Below, one piece after another: positions 31,292 to 41,524 of a stretch of 57,506 nt of DNA (positions are counted from its first letter, which is position 1; each line of letters starts with the position of its first letter). Position numbers and translations under genes: made by a program. The notes beneath the pieces are model-generated. The model saw only the letters and a list, made by a program, of their open reading frames with translations, was not told where the DNA came from and ran no database searches. The stretch lies in the IMG/VR virus record IMGVR_UViG_3300032322_001172, positions 1 through 57,506 of that record. One strand, given 5' to 3'. Source of the stretch: a virus. Its lineage: Duplodnaviria; Caudoviricetes.

Positions 31292-34200
31292 TTATGTTGT
31301 GCTTATAATAGAATTAGGATTAGCTCTAACCTCATAGGCTGTTAAGGCAGGAACTATAATAATGTCATCAACGGTTGCGCCACTCACTAATATTTCATCT
31401 GGCTTACTTTGAATCTCAAATAAACTTCCAAAAGATTGACCCGCTTGTGTTGGGACAATTACTATATTACTGATATCAGGAGCGACTGAATTAGTAATGT
31501 AGGCAATCAATTCTCCGAGATAAAACCTATCTCCAAAATCCCAATTATTAACATCAAAAAATTCATTAATTGCGATAATAATCTTTACCTTCAATTCGTT
31601 ATCATTGATACTCTTGTTGGGATTTTTAACTACCTTAAACTGTGCTCTTAACTTTTCTTCGGCTTTACTGCCAAACAAAACCTTATATCTCACAGGATGA
31701 TAAATTATTTCGTCGCTGATAGATTTAATAGAATCTAATTTAGATCCGTAAGTAAGTTTGAGATCTTCACTAGTTGGCGGCTCGGGTTCTTGAGCTAATC
31801 CGCCGGCTAACCAGATTCTATACAAACTATCATAAGATCTTGGTAAAAGAAAAATGTCTATGATGTTACTTACACTCGGATCAATTCTTCTATCTTCGCT
31901 GGCATTGTGAATATATTGAAACTTGATCCTGTCTCTTCCTATGTTTGCTCGGTACTGGCTTTGTAAAGACAAACTGTTATTAGATCTATTCACCTGTTTT
32001 ACTCGATCCTCGTCTGGATCATAAAAATATATCAGCTGACCGTCATTGAAGTCTGAGACATTTATTTCCGACTCTTTTTGTCTTACTAATATTAATTCAT
32101 TTGAATTATCAACTAAATCAAACACTTCATATCCATTGGCATCAACTATTTCTACAAAAAACAAATAGTTATTCTGTACATCTTCGCCGGCAATTATTTC
32201 AAAAGACTCTGGATTATCGATTACTCCATCGAAGTCTTTATCAGAAAAAGTGACTTTAATTTGAGAGGCTATTTCGTAGCCGTCATCAAACTTTATAGTA
32301 TCATTTACCTCAAATGGGATGTCTCTTTTTAAATTGTTGATAAAGTTCGAATCAGTATTGATTCCTAAAATTTTAACTTGATCAACTACTACTTTTCCTG
32401 CTGCATCATTAAATCGTTTTTTCGCTGCATCAAGATAAAATCTATTTTGTTCTCTGCTACCAAAAATATATTCTAAAGTTCTTATTCTCACAACATATCT
32501 GTCAGGTTCTTTCACAAACGCAATTATCCACGAGCTGTCGAGATTTGTATTAGTAATATCTCCGGCTTTACCTAAAGTAAAATCATCAACTAAATTTAAA
32601 TTTGAAGCTGTGATAATCTTCCACGAAAACGACTGTGTGTCGTATCGTAGGCCGAAATTTAAATTTTGAAATGCTTGATTAACAATTTCTATTTCTAAAG
32701 CAGTAGGCAAATCATTTACAAATTTAGGAACGACTCGTGTAATAATTGCACCGCTGGGAATTTCATCTGTGATAGATATAGCACCAAATCCCGAATTCAA
32801 TACTCCTTGACCTAGAGCTGTTCCGTCGCCGACAACATTAATAATCTTAGTCCAGAGTCTATCGACCTGATCTGGATCATTGGGATCTATATCTACTATC
32901 TTTCCTCTTCTAAATGCTTTGCCTGTAGGCGGTGAAAATTTAACTAAACTGTTTCCAACTACATACCTTAAGTTGTTGGTAGAAAAAGATCCGGTTTTTA
33001 AAACTTCATCTCCGTTGGTATTTTTAAAATACCCAGTGTTTCTATTCAACTCCGAGGTGATATTTTCCCAAACAATATTTCTATCAACAAATGGAATTTT
33101 ATCAAATTTAGTAAGATAAAAATTATAGACATCTGTAGAAGTAAAAATTGGTTCTATCTGTTCTCTAACAAAGTTAAAAATTTCTAAACGATTAAGGAAC
33201 TTAGCCGATATAGTTCTTTCTGATTCCTGTTTATAGATATAACCGTCATCACCAAATACATTTACAGAACTGTATTTTCCAGATGCATCAATAATTTCAA
33301 AATTTCTGCTGATGCCGCTAGAGCTTCTATTAATAGATTTTATTTTTAAGATGTCTTGAGAGCTAGAAAGAGGTGCTAGATTATAGTCTTCCCCAGTGAT
33401 CATTCTATTTTGTGTATAGTAAACCGCTGGAGCATTTTTTCTAATAGTATCTATATCTTCTGTCGTTGTCGCTGTTGTTACTGTAGATTGCAAGGACAAA
33501 GACATGTTTAAAGTGTAGACTTCTCCTTTTTTATTAATATATGGAAGACCTATATTAATACCTTTCATCTCAACAGGAGCGATAGCGTAAGATAAACCAT
33601 TACTTACTCTATAATAAACTCTAAAAGCTCCTCTAGGCAAGTTACCATAAATTCCATCTGAAAATAGAAGATCCACTTGATCGTTTTCTTTGGTTATGAC
33701 AGAATATATGTTTCTTATATTTTCGCTGACACTGTTATAGGCAATGTTGTTTCCAATAAGATTAGAAACCTGTGTCCACTCAGATACTTGATTTTCTGCG
33801 GCATCTAAACTAAAGAGCCAAACATCATCATTGTTAATGTTTCTTGAATTTACAGAAACAATTTCATTTACAGTAGGAACATCTATAGTAAATTGTGCTT
33901 GCTCTAAACTTCCTTGTTTGAACAATATAAAAAATCCTGTATTAGAACTTCCTGGTCCTTTGCTGTCATTTCTATAAATGAAACCTAATTGATTTCCTGG
34001 GGCAGGAGGTTCTTCTATAATTCTTTGATCTTTACTGACTCCTGTGCTCAGTATCTCAAATACAGTACTTCTGCTAGCTACATTCTTTGAAAAAGAATAA
34101 ACAGGCACATCATTATTATTAGTTCTGAATCTATATTGTTCAGTTAAAATTCCCTGAATATTAAAAGATCCCTGGCTTCTTCCAAACTCTACGCTGTCGG

Positions 34201-34693
34201 CCATTGCAGAATTTAAAATTAAAATAAATTGTTCTAGCCAGTTAGGATTAGTAGGATCGTTCCAAGAAATTATCTGGCTAGATAGATTCTTTCCGTTACT
34301 GTCTAAAATAGGTTCGTTGGTACTTGCTGTTACTAGTTTTAAGAGGCCTTGAGCTGCAACATTTCTTTTTGCATTGTAGCTGAGCATACGGGCAAGGCGA
34401 AGAACACTTTCTTTTCTTTCAGCTAACTCAATGAAATTTTCTCTAGATGCTAAGTCTATGCGGAAAGCTAGGCTTTGTCCTAAAAAAGAGATGGCATCAA
34501 TCAATGCCATATACTCAGAACTTTCAATGTAGTCATTGAAATCTTCTGGGTAATTTTCTCTTAGATATTCAATAATAACTCTTCGAAGATTTTCAAAGTC
34601 GTAAGATTTAAAATCAGCACTCTTAAATGTCTGATATATTCTTTTCCAATCTTCGTTTAGAAGCAAATTATTCTGTCTGCTTGTAGTGGTCAT
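31292..34693 (-). CDS. Baseplate wedge subunit, T4 gp6-like
   Basis: 'DFENLRR...YL...F.DY..SS....LID', 'ENFIELAERKESVLRLARMLSY' and 'EDIDTIRKNAP..Y.TQNRMITGEDY'. Confidence 0.85.
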   Translation of the reverse strand: MTTTSRQNNLLLNEDWKRIYQTFKSADFKSYDFENLRRVIIEYLRENYPEDFNDYIESSEYMALIDAISFLGQSLAFRIDLASRENFIELAERKESVLRLARMLSYNAKRNVAAQGLLKLVTASTNEPILDSNGKNLSSQIISWNDPTNPNWLEQFILILNSAMADSVEFGRSQGSFNIQGILTEQYRFRTNNNDVPVYSFSKNVASRSTVFEILSTGVSKDQRIIEEPPAPGNQLGFIYRNDSKGPGSSNTGFFILFKQGSLEQAQFTIDVPTVNEIVSVNSRNINNDDVWLFSLDAAENQVSEWTQVSNLIGNNIAYNSVSENIRNIYSVITKENDQVDLLFSDGIYGNLPRGAFRVYYRVSNGLSYAIAPVEMKGINIGLPYINKKGEVYTLNMSLSLQSTVTTATTTEDIDTIRKNAPAVYYTQNRMITGEDYNLAPLSSSQDILKIKSINRSSSGISRNFEIIDASGKYSSVNVFGDDGYIYKQESERTISAKFLNRLEIFNFVREQIEPIFTSTDVYNFYLTKFDKIPFVDRNIVWENITSELNRNTGYFKNTNGDEVLKTGSFSTNNLRYVVGNSLVKFSPPTGKAFRRGKIVDIDPNDPDQVDRLWTKIINVVGDGTALGQGVLNSGFGAISITDEIPSGAIITRVVPKFVNDLPTALEIEIVNQAFQNLNFGLRYDTQSFSWKIITASNLNLVDDFTLGKAGDITNTNLDSSWIIAFVKEPDRYVVRIRTLEYIFGSREQNRFYLDAAKKRFNDAAGKVVVDQVKILGINTDSNFINNLKRDIPFEVNDTIKFDDGYEIASQIKVTFSDKDFDGVIDNPESFEIIAGEDVQNNYLFFVEIVDANGYEVFDLVDNSNELILVRQKESEINVSDFNDGQLIYFYDPDEDRVKQVNRSNNSLSLQSQYRANIGRDRIKFQYIHNASEDRRIDPSVSNIIDIFLLPRSYDSLYRIWLAGGLAQEPEPPTSEDLKLTYGSKLDSIKSISDEIIYHPVRYKVLFGSKAEEKLRAQFKVVKNPNKSINDNELKVKIIIAINEFFDVNNWDFGDRFYLGELIAYITNSVAPDISNIVIVPTQAGQSFGSLFEIQSKPDEILVSGATVDDIIIVPALTAYEVRANPNSIISTT

Positions 34694-34711
34694 TATTTGA
34701 TCCTTATTCGA

Positions 34712-34717
34712 TATTTA
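34712..34717 (-). promoter_or_regulatory. Putative late promoter TAAATA
   Basis: Plus-strand TATTTA in the 42-bp gap upstream of ATG 34693. Confidence 0.6.
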
Positions 34718-34735
34718 CCTTAAAAAATTAAATGC

Positions 34736-35176
34736 TCAGTTAATGATTCCGTTATTGCGATCAAAATCAAAGGTCATTCTTTCATTGATGTCAAATGGAA
34801 TATAGGTTACATCCATTTCTATTCTTATACCAAAATCTGTTGAGTCAACGGCTACAGCATTAACTGATACCCTAGGATCATAATTTACAATGGCTTCAAC
34901 ATCGTCAGCTATGCGGTTTTTTACTTCTTCTGTAAATTGTTCAAACAGCATATCCCATATAATTGTTCCAAATTCTGGATTTTCTAGTTTTTCTCCTTTG
35001 CGGATATAGAAATGATTAACGATATCCTGTTTTACTATGTCGATATCAAATAACTTAAATTTTTTATTAGAGTTACTAGAACTAAAACCTTTATAGGTAA
35101 ATTTGCCTCGATCTTGATTAACAGATGTATATTGATTTAAGGCAACAGATTTTTGATTATAAAGTCTGCTGGTCAT
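34736..35176 (-). CDS. Baseplate wedge/sheath initiator, gp25/gpW-like
   Basis: 'IVKQDIVNHFYIRKGEKLENPEFGTIIWDMLFE...YDPRV'. Confidence 0.85.
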   Translation of the reverse strand: MTSRLYNQKSVALNQYTSVNQDRGKFTYKGFSSSNSNKKFKLFDIDIVKQDIVNHFYIRKGEKLENPEFGTIIWDMLFEQFTEEVKNRIADDVEAIVNYDPRVSVNAVAVDSTDFGIRIEMDVTYIPFDINERMTFDFDRNNGIIN

Positions 35177-36942
35177 TTTAAATCTCCTTCCCTATCTGTG
35201 AACTTAGGAGTCAGCTGATCCGGAGCTTGGTTCTCGTGTAAGGCCCAAGGTTCGTGCATAGGTATTCTTCTCATAATACTGTTTAATTTTTTATCTTTTA
35301 CTAGATATTTTGTTTCATCCCATTTTAAAGTTTTATCTGTTATTAGATTTTCATACTTTTGTAAAGGTCTAATTTTATCAGCAATTTCTGCATCTTGTGC
35401 AGGAGGTCCATTCATATGAATTTGTGCGGCTGTTTCGTGATGATTTCCGCCGCTCTTGATGTCAGTTTGTTTTGCTGTGGTTATTCTTGTATTTTCATAG
35501 GATTTGATATGCAGACCTTTTACTGCTTCGGGCTGGTCTTCTAATATAGATTTTTCATCTTTAACATTAGTATTAGTCGGAGCTGCATCCTTATCTTGGA
35601 CACTTACTCTCATATTTCCCATAACTTTAATATCTAGATTGCCCTGTTTCTTTTCATCGTTTCTTACATGGATCTTTCCATTTCTTCCGATCAATATATC
35701 CATGTTCTGAACACTTTCAATGTAAACCCTACCATTTTCGAAACCGTTTGCGTCGAACATTTTTTTATCTTCATAGAGTTTGGCAGGATCGTCGCTGGTA
35801 GTTCCTTGATATTCGCCTGTGGCTTTTATATTGACATTTCTGCCGGCTTCCATATTAATGTCTCTGTCTGCACGAATATTGAGATCATTTTTTGTATGAA
35901 TGCTTATACTATCTTCGGCAAAAATATCTATTTTTCCGTTGCTGGTTAATTCAACCCATGCAGTTCCTCTAGCATTAGCTATGTAAATCACATCTTCGGT
36001 ATTATGAAATAACAGTTGATGTCCTGTTCTAGTTCTTACACGGAAATATTCATTAACTGGAATTGTAGGATCGCCCTTCTCTCCAGACAGCACATCCATA
36101 TACTTTACTGGACCGTCGCTTGCTGGTTTTTCACGAACATATCTGTCATCGCCGTCATCCATGACTAGCGTGGTTCCGCCTAATCTACTAACTGGTACCG
36201 TGGCAACTGTTTGTTTTTCGTTAATACCTATTTTAGATTTTTTTGCTCCTGCCCTTTTATCTAGAGGTCCGGGTGTAGAAATTCCAAATACCATACTAGG
36301 AGTTTCTCGTCTAGCAGTGGTGGTAGTTACTCCTCTAACATCATCTTCAATTAACCCTTGTTCTAAAAATCTATCTGCTATAGGATGTACAGGTTTTTTA
36401 ATTTTATCAACATTTAGTTGTTGATCACTTTTTGCATTTTTTCTTCTATTAACTTCAGCAACCGGCAAAGGCAAATCTGTTTTATATTTTTTCTTATCGT
36501 CTGGATCTAAATCAACTAGAGTAGTTCCTGCTATAGCCGGAACCATATGATTGGCGAATTTGTCTGGTACACATCCCATCCAGTATCCCTGTGCAGGATC
36601 TCCGTTAATAAAAAATACCAACACTGTTACACCAACATCGGGGGGTATCATCCACATACCGTAGCTTTTTTGAGTATCGCTAAAACCATCAAGAGAAGAT
36701 TTTGACGAATCATTCTCTCCCATGAATTCGAATGGTGTGTACCCAAAGAAAGGCATGGCGCATTTCACTATAAATGTTTGAGCATTATCTCCCATAATAT
36801 TAGATTGCTCTCGCAATAGTGTTACTTCGAGGGCGCCATTAAAGGAAGGATCTAAGTGGCTAATAATTTTCGCTAGGTAAGGACCAGTTCCTATATTAGA
36901 CTGATTGGTTATTTCGGTAGAAGTTCTAGTATGTTGTGCCAT
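35173..36942 (-). CDS. Baseplate central spike, gp5/VgrG-like, without a lysozyme domain
   Basis: OB-fold motif 'PPDVGVTVLVFFINGDPAQGYWMG', 'RTRTGHQLLF' and beta-helix 'GKIDIFAEDSISIHTKNDLNIRADRDINMEAG'; adjacent to gp25. Confidence 0.75.
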   Translation of the reverse strand: MAQHTRTSTEITNQSNIGTGPYLAKIISHLDPSFNGALEVTLLREQSNIMGDNAQTFIVKCAMPFFGYTPFEFMGENDSSKSSLDGFSDTQKSYGMWMIPPDVGVTVLVFFINGDPAQGYWMGCVPDKFANHMVPAIAGTTLVDLDPDDKKKYKTDLPLPVAEVNRRKNAKSDQQLNVDKIKKPVHPIADRFLEQGLIEDDVRGVTTTTARRETPSMVFGISTPGPLDKRAGAKKSKIGINEKQTVATVPVSRLGGTTLVMDDGDDRYVREKPASDGPVKYMDVLSGEKGDPTIPVNEYFRVRTRTGHQLLFHNTEDVIYIANARGTAWVELTSNGKIDIFAEDSISIHTKNDLNIRADRDINMEAGRNVNIKATGEYQGTTSDDPAKLYEDKKMFDANGFENGRVYIESVQNMDILIGRNGKIHVRNDEKKQGNLDIKVMGNMRVSVQDKDAAPTNTNVKDEKSILEDQPEAVKGLHIKSYENTRITTAKQTDIKSGGNHHETAAQIHMNGPPAQDAEIADKIRPLQKYENLITDKTLKWDETKYLVKDKKLNSIMRRIPMHEPWALHENQAPDQLTPKFTDREGDLK

Positions 36943-36959
36943 AAATTATATTCTCAATA

Positions 36960-39173
36960 TCAAATAGTAAAAGTTCCAGAAGCTGCTTCGTCGTCGTTAG
37001 GAGATGTTGACGGAGGTTCGGGATCTCCCGGTCTTCTTGGCATAACATCTTCAGTTTGCTGTTCTGTTAGGCCGCCAATTGGTTGGCCGCCAACAATATA
37101 ATCTGTACTCTGTCCCACCATTCTTACACATTGTAAAATCTGTTTCCATACACCCTGGCTGAAGACATTCTCGCATTGTATAACTTTGTATATGCCGCTG
37201 AATGCACTGTCTCGACCGCCTTTTGCAAATTCGTACAGGCCTTGTTTTTCGTTGATGTCAACAGGATTTCTGAAAGTCAAATAAACAAAGACATCGCCGC
37301 CCTCATAATTCATAGTTCCGTCACTAGTGACTTGAGATGTCGGAGCAGCCTTAGCAAAATAATTACCTATACCGCTGTCAACTAACCAATATGGATCGCC
37401 TAATACTTCTAAATTAACTTTAACCATGTCAACTCCGGCCTTACCGGTTAACGCTGCATGGAATGATTCTGCAATAATTTGTTCTGTATTTTTGTCGTCG
37501 GCTCCACCTACTGGTTTTATAAGAAGATTAGGATCTCTTTTTGGTCTCGGTCTTCCTATTGTAGTTTCTTGAGCTTGAGGTGTTGAAGAAGTTCCTCCCT
37601 CAACACTAGCTATCTTTGGTTCGGCTGGTCCTTTTTGACCTAGGTTATTTACTTGGGCGCTTTGAGATTCTAAAGACGGATTGACTCCGGTAAAGAACAT
37701 AGTGTTGATTTCGATATCAAATTTTAAAATGTCTGTGTTTTGGCCTGTATAAATGTAGCTGTACTGTTTTACAATTCTTTTTTCTAACGAGTTATATCCT
37801 AAAGGCACAGTATTTGGGTCTGTAAAAACTGAATGATGAACTAACCAAGGAACTACTCTAAAAATCATTCTCTTAGCATAATCGCCGACTTGAGTATCAA
37901 AGTCTAGTAGTTCTACCTGCATGTCAATACGCCACCATTTGACAAACCCGTCTATTAAATTGTTTGCGTCTAGTGCCTTCTTTGCATATTCAGAACTTAA
38001 AATTAGCTGATTAATCATTGCAGTAATTTTTTGTCCTTGAGCAAATTGAAACGCTCTATTTTTAGGATCAACGGTCATGTTATCTCGTTGAACTAATCCT
38101 GTCTTTTCGTCTACAACATCACCGTGCTTAGAAAAAGGAACATTACCTCCGCTGCCCGAAGTAAATCCTAAACTGGATTTACCGATGGGATTTACGCCGC
38201 TGCCGCCGAGACCGCTGCTAAGAACTCCTGTTCCGCCCACTGCTTTAGCAGCAGGTGCATTTGGATTTGAAGATGCTTTGTTCGAAGACGGCGGCGGGGT
38301 GTTTCTTGCAAAGTCTCCTGCATTTTCAGGAAACTGTATAACATACTCGTCTTTAATTTTGATTAATTTTTCTTTTTGTAATTTTTCTTCAATGTCGTTT
38401 AACACTCTTGACAAACTCTGATTTCCTGTAGAAAGAATTTCTTCTACTGTTCCTGCCGATCCTGCTGTAATTTTTATATCACTATAGGTAGTATTGTTAA
38501 CATCAGAAAATCCTTGATGATTATAAGGAATAGCTTCTACTTGATATTGACTTCCGGATTCTGTAACTTTAAAAGTTACCTTTGTTAATTTTAAAGTAAA
38601 ATATTTAGAATTGATGTTTACTGTTTTTTTACCTTTTTCGTCCCATCCTTCAATATCCATTTTAAGGCAATAAGGTGCGTTGTCTAGATAGTTAATGAAT
38701 CCGGCTTTTTTAGCAGCGACCTGTAAGCTCTGTAATAGCAATCCCATCGAGTAAGGTTCGTAGATATCAAATTCAAATTTAAATGCATTTGAATTTCCGG
38801 ATTTTGAATTTGCAGCAATAAGTGTTTTCATCTTAAAATTGTCGATGAAATACTCGGGCGATCCGTAAAAAGTTTTTGTTCTAAATGCATCGCCTCGACC
38901 GGCTGATGAAAAAACCACACTTCCTGCTCCTGCAAATCCCACACCTGCGGCTCGATAAGAACTAGGATCATTAAATTGATTTTTATTTAAAACAGACAGC
39001 GTCCATAGGACAGTGTAAGAAGCAAACTGTTCCATTGGATTGGGAATTATTGCAGGAAGGTATTTTGTTGCACCTGGTTTCTGGGCTGCGCCGCCTGCTG
39101 CAATAATTCCTTGTTTAAGACCTTCAACATTAAAACTGCTTGAGGCTACTGTTGCATTACCTTGAGCGACCAT
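36960..39173 (-). CDS. Baseplate hub-like protein (gp27/gpD position)
   Basis: C-terminal 'LEVLGDPYWL...FSGIYKVIQCENVFSQGVWKQILQCVR' resembles hub proteins; lies upstream of the spike gene. Confidence 0.55.
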   Translation of the reverse strand: MVAQGNATVASSSFNVEGLKQGIIAAGGAAQKPGATKYLPAIIPNPMEQFASYTVLWTLSVLNKNQFNDPSSYRAAGVGFAGAGSVVFSSAGRGDAFRTKTFYGSPEYFIDNFKMKTLIAANSKSGNSNAFKFEFDIYEPYSMGLLLQSLQVAAKKAGFINYLDNAPYCLKMDIEGWDEKGKKTVNINSKYFTLKLTKVTFKVTESGSQYQVEAIPYNHQGFSDVNNTTYSDIKITAGSAGTVEEILSTGNQSLSRVLNDIEEKLQKEKLIKIKDEYVIQFPENAGDFARNTPPPSSNKASSNPNAPAAKAVGGTGVLSSGLGGSGVNPIGKSSLGFTSGSGGNVPFSKHGDVVDEKTGLVQRDNMTVDPKNRAFQFAQGQKITAMINQLILSSEYAKKALDANNLIDGFVKWWRIDMQVELLDFDTQVGDYAKRMIFRVVPWLVHHSVFTDPNTVPLGYNSLEKRIVKQYSYIYTGQNTDILKFDIEINTMFFTGVNPSLESQSAQVNNLGQKGPAEPKIASVEGGTSSTPQAQETTIGRPRPKRDPNLLIKPVGGADDKNTEQIIAESFHAALTGKAGVDMVKVNLEVLGDPYWLVDSGIGNYFAKAAPTSQVTSDGTMNYEGGDVFVYLTFRNPVDINEKQGLYEFAKGGRDSAFSGIYKVIQCENVFSQGVWKQILQCVRMVGQSTDYIVGGQPIGGLTEQQTEDVMPRRPGDPEPPSTSPNDDEAASGTFTI

Positions 39174-39176
39174 TGA

Positions 39177-39476
39177 TTAGATTCCTAAAAATTTAAAAAG
39201 ATTAGTTTTTTTAGGGATATAAATTTGTACTCCTGGAAGAAAATCATAAATTGGATCTTTTAAAACTTCCATGTTTCGTTGAACAAATACCCACCATAAT
39301 TTTGGTGTTCCGTAGATCATAAATGATAATAAATCCGGTCTATGTTTAAATTGATTTTCTATCACATATAAAAAATCATCAGTTTCTGCTGGCACTGGTC
39401 TAATGTTCAATAGCTCTAGATATAAATTGTTCTGAGGAGTATTTGCATACGGTGATGCTACTGTATATGTCGCCAT
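39177..39476 (-). CDS. Baseplate wedge protein, gp53-like (LysM-type)
   Basis: 'RPDLLSFMIYGTPKLWWVF..RN....DPIYDF.PG..IYIP'. Confidence 0.85.
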   Translation of the reverse strand: MATYTVASPYANTPQNNLYLELLNIRPVPAETDDFLYVIENQFKHRPDLLSFMIYGTPKLWWVFVQRNMEVLKDPIYDFLPGVQIYIPKKTNLFKFLGI

Positions 39477-39477
39477 T

Positions 39478-40563
39478 TTAGATGTATCCTACTCCGTCAC
39501 CCGATACCATTTTTCCAGATGCATATTGAGTTAGACTAAACTGTCTTAGTCTTGATCTATTGTATATCGGTGATACTGTTACGCTGATATTACTTACTAC
39601 CGGAACCCAAGTATTAGAAGGAGTATATCTAATGTAATTTACATCGTCTTTTAATTCAACTGTAAATGATTTTATCACTACCGGAACCTTGTCAAATACA
39701 CTCGAACCATACCCTGTTAAGAAACAGATTATCGGAGGAGAACCGGCATTAGGTCCTGATCCAAAAAACATTTTAGTCGCTGTTTTAAAAAATACAGTAG
39801 CCGCTACCCAATAAGCAGCTTCCGTTTCGTTCTCGCAGGTAAATTCTCCAGAAATAGTTATATCATCTATTTGACTATTTTTATATGCCTGGAACGGATA
39901 TATCGAATGGACATTGTCTGGGTTAGTGTAATTTGCTTTAGAAGTTATTGAAATATTTGGCAGATAGGGCCAAACTACTCCGCCGGTATTTTTTAATGGC
40001 TGAAACAGGGGTGAATTAAACACTTCCCATGCACAAGAAATTTTTACACGCCAATCGTCCTTGGCGCCCGAACTTAATTTTAATGCCGTGCCTTGTGCAG
40101 CGAACGATTCTCCTCCAGGAGGCACTGCTGCACCTTTAAAAATACTCGATAAGTTGTTAAGGGTTCCTGCTACTCCGGAAATACCTGCCGCTAGATTTTG
40201 TAATCCTCCTAAGATATTTCCTGCCCCTAACTTTCCTACTGCACCGGCAATGTCTGCTGCTATGTTACTGGTAGATCCTGCCACCGATTGTAGACTTGAT
40301 AGAACTCCGCCTACTTTGCTTTGTATAGCATTTCCTATACCGCCTAGTGCTGTTCCGCCTCCGCCGGGGGCAGCCGTAAAACCATTTAATCCCGATCCTA
40401 CTGCTCCGGACAATGTATTGACTTTTGCTTCAAGATTAGCTTTTGCTAGAGCATTTCCTTCTGCTCCTCCGGCTGCGGCGCCACCGGCCGCATTGGTTGC
40501 TGAGCTTATCGATTCAGATACTCCTGCTACTAATTTTGCAAGAGGATTTGTTGATCTGGACAT
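39478..40563 (-). CDS. Tail tube initiator/baseplate-tube junction protein (gp48/gp54-like)
   Basis: Gly/Ala-rich N-terminus and tube-fold-like C-terminus ('GVVWPYLPNISI...PPIICFL.GYG..VF..VPVVIKSF'). Confidence 0.55.
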   Translation of the reverse strand: MSRSTNPLAKLVAGVSESISSATNAAGGAAAGGAEGNALAKANLEAKVNTLSGAVGSGLNGFTAAPGGGGTALGGIGNAIQSKVGGVLSSLQSVAGSTSNIAADIAGAVGKLGAGNILGGLQNLAAGISGVAGTLNNLSSIFKGAAVPPGGESFAAQGTALKLSSGAKDDWRVKISCAWEVFNSPLFQPLKNTGGVVWPYLPNISITSKANYTNPDNVHSIYPFQAYKNSQIDDITISGEFTCENETEAAYWVAATVFFKTATKMFFGSGPNAGSPPIICFLTGYGSSVFDKVPVVIKSFTVELKDDVNYIRYTPSNTWVPVVSNISVTVSPIYNRSRLRQFSLTQYASGKMVSGDGVGYI

Positions 40564-40590
40564 TTTGGCATTATTCCTTGGTTATAACTC

Positions 40591-40596
40591 TATTTA
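40591..40596 (-). promoter_or_regulatory. Putative late promoter TAAATA heading the tail/baseplate operon
   Basis: Plus-strand TATTTA about 28 nt upstream of ATG 40563. Confidence 0.6.
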
Positions 40597-40610
40597 TTAT
40601 TACAAAAATG

Positions 40611-40636
40611 TGCTATTATAATAAGTAGAATAGGAG
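40611..40636 (+). promoter_or_regulatory. Host sigma70-type -10 element (TGcTATTAT / TATAAT) and AGGAG RBS for the late sigma gene
   Basis: TATAAT at 40617-40622, extended -10 TGCTATTAT at 40611-40619, AGGAG at 40632-40636; no good -35. Confidence 0.5.
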
Positions 40637-40647
40637 AAATTCATTGA

Positions 40648-41493
40648 ATGACTGTACCTAAAATCAAATATCTAACCAACAAAGATCTACTCAAAGAAAT
40701 ACATTTAAGCAAAAATACATACTGTGCATATTCAGATCCGAAATATTCTGACTATGATCTAATAGTACCTAATCTTGAAAAACTTAATGTAAGAACTATT
40801 GCCGAAGCTAAACGAAATAGAGCAACTAAGCTATCAAAGGAAGCCTATGAAAAAGCACAATTAGCAGGTGGTAAAAAGCTCAGTGCCAAAGACTTCGAGA
40901 TTGATTATAAAAAAATAAACAAAAACGATGTTGTGTTTCGTGTAATGACTTTCGAACATGTTCCTCTTGCTCCGGGTCGTAAGAAAACATTAAAAAACAC
41001 AGCGGATAGTCACGAAAAAGTAAACTTCCCACCATTCCAACATTGGAAGTTTGATGACAACGATAACCTTATCTGTGTAGGCAAGAGTCATTGGAAAGGC
41101 ACTTTGGCAAAAGGAGTGTTTTCTAAGGATCATGGACAGATAACCAATAATCTTGCTCGTATGTTTTTAAAGCTCTGCGAAAGATATGCCACTCGAGGCA
41201 ATGTTCGTGGTTACACATACAACGACGAAATGCGTGGTCAGGCAATTTTACAGTTAACGCAGATTGGCCTTCAGTTCGACGAGAGCAAAAGCGATAATCC
41301 GTTTGCCTATTATACTGCTGCGGTTACTAATTCGTTCGTTAGAATTATCAACATTGAAAAACGAAATCAAAATATCAGAGACGATATATTAGAAATGAAC
41401 GGTATGAATCCAAGTTGGACTCGTCAAAACGGTGGAAGCAGTGGCCCGTCTAGCGGTCCTGTATCTTCGTCCGACGGCGGCGATTGGGATTGA
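40648..41493 (+). CDS. Late-transcription sigma factor, T4 gp55-like
   Basis: 'RGYTYNDEM...GLQFDESKSDNPFAYYTAAVTNSFVRII..EKR' follows the gp55 pattern; gene order 55-47-46 as in T4-like phages. Confidence 0.85.
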   Translation: MTVPKIKYLTNKDLLKEIHLSKNTYCAYSDPKYSDYDLIVPNLEKLNVRTIAEAKRNRATKLSKEAYEKAQLAGGKKLSAKDFEIDYKKINKNDVVFRVMTFEHVPLAPGRKKTLKNTADSHEKVNFPPFQHWKFDDNDNLICVGKSHWKGTLAKGVFSKDHGQITNNLARMFLKLCERYATRGNVRGYTYNDEMRGQAILQLTQIGLQFDESKSDNPFAYYTAAVTNSFVRIINIEKRNQNIRDDILEMNGMNPSWTRQNGGSSGPSSGPVSSSDGGDWD

Positions 41494-41518
41494 CATTTAG
41501 ATTCTATTAATATAAAAT
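41490..41518 (+). promoter_or_regulatory. Near-consensus sigma70 promoter TTGACA-N17-TAAAAT
   Basis: TTGACA at 41490-41495 and TAAAAT at 41513-41518; ATG 41525 follows 6 nt later. Confidence 0.7.
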
Positions 41519-41524
41519 AACCCT

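Noticed and set aside
91-38421. Numerous 60-130 aa ORFs overlapping the structural genes
   Set aside because: They lie within long, motif-supported minus-strand genes and mirror their codon bias.
40061-40621. 186-aa plus-strand ORF
   Set aside because: Antisense shadow of the Gly/Ala-rich part of 39478..40563; no RBS or recognisable motifs.
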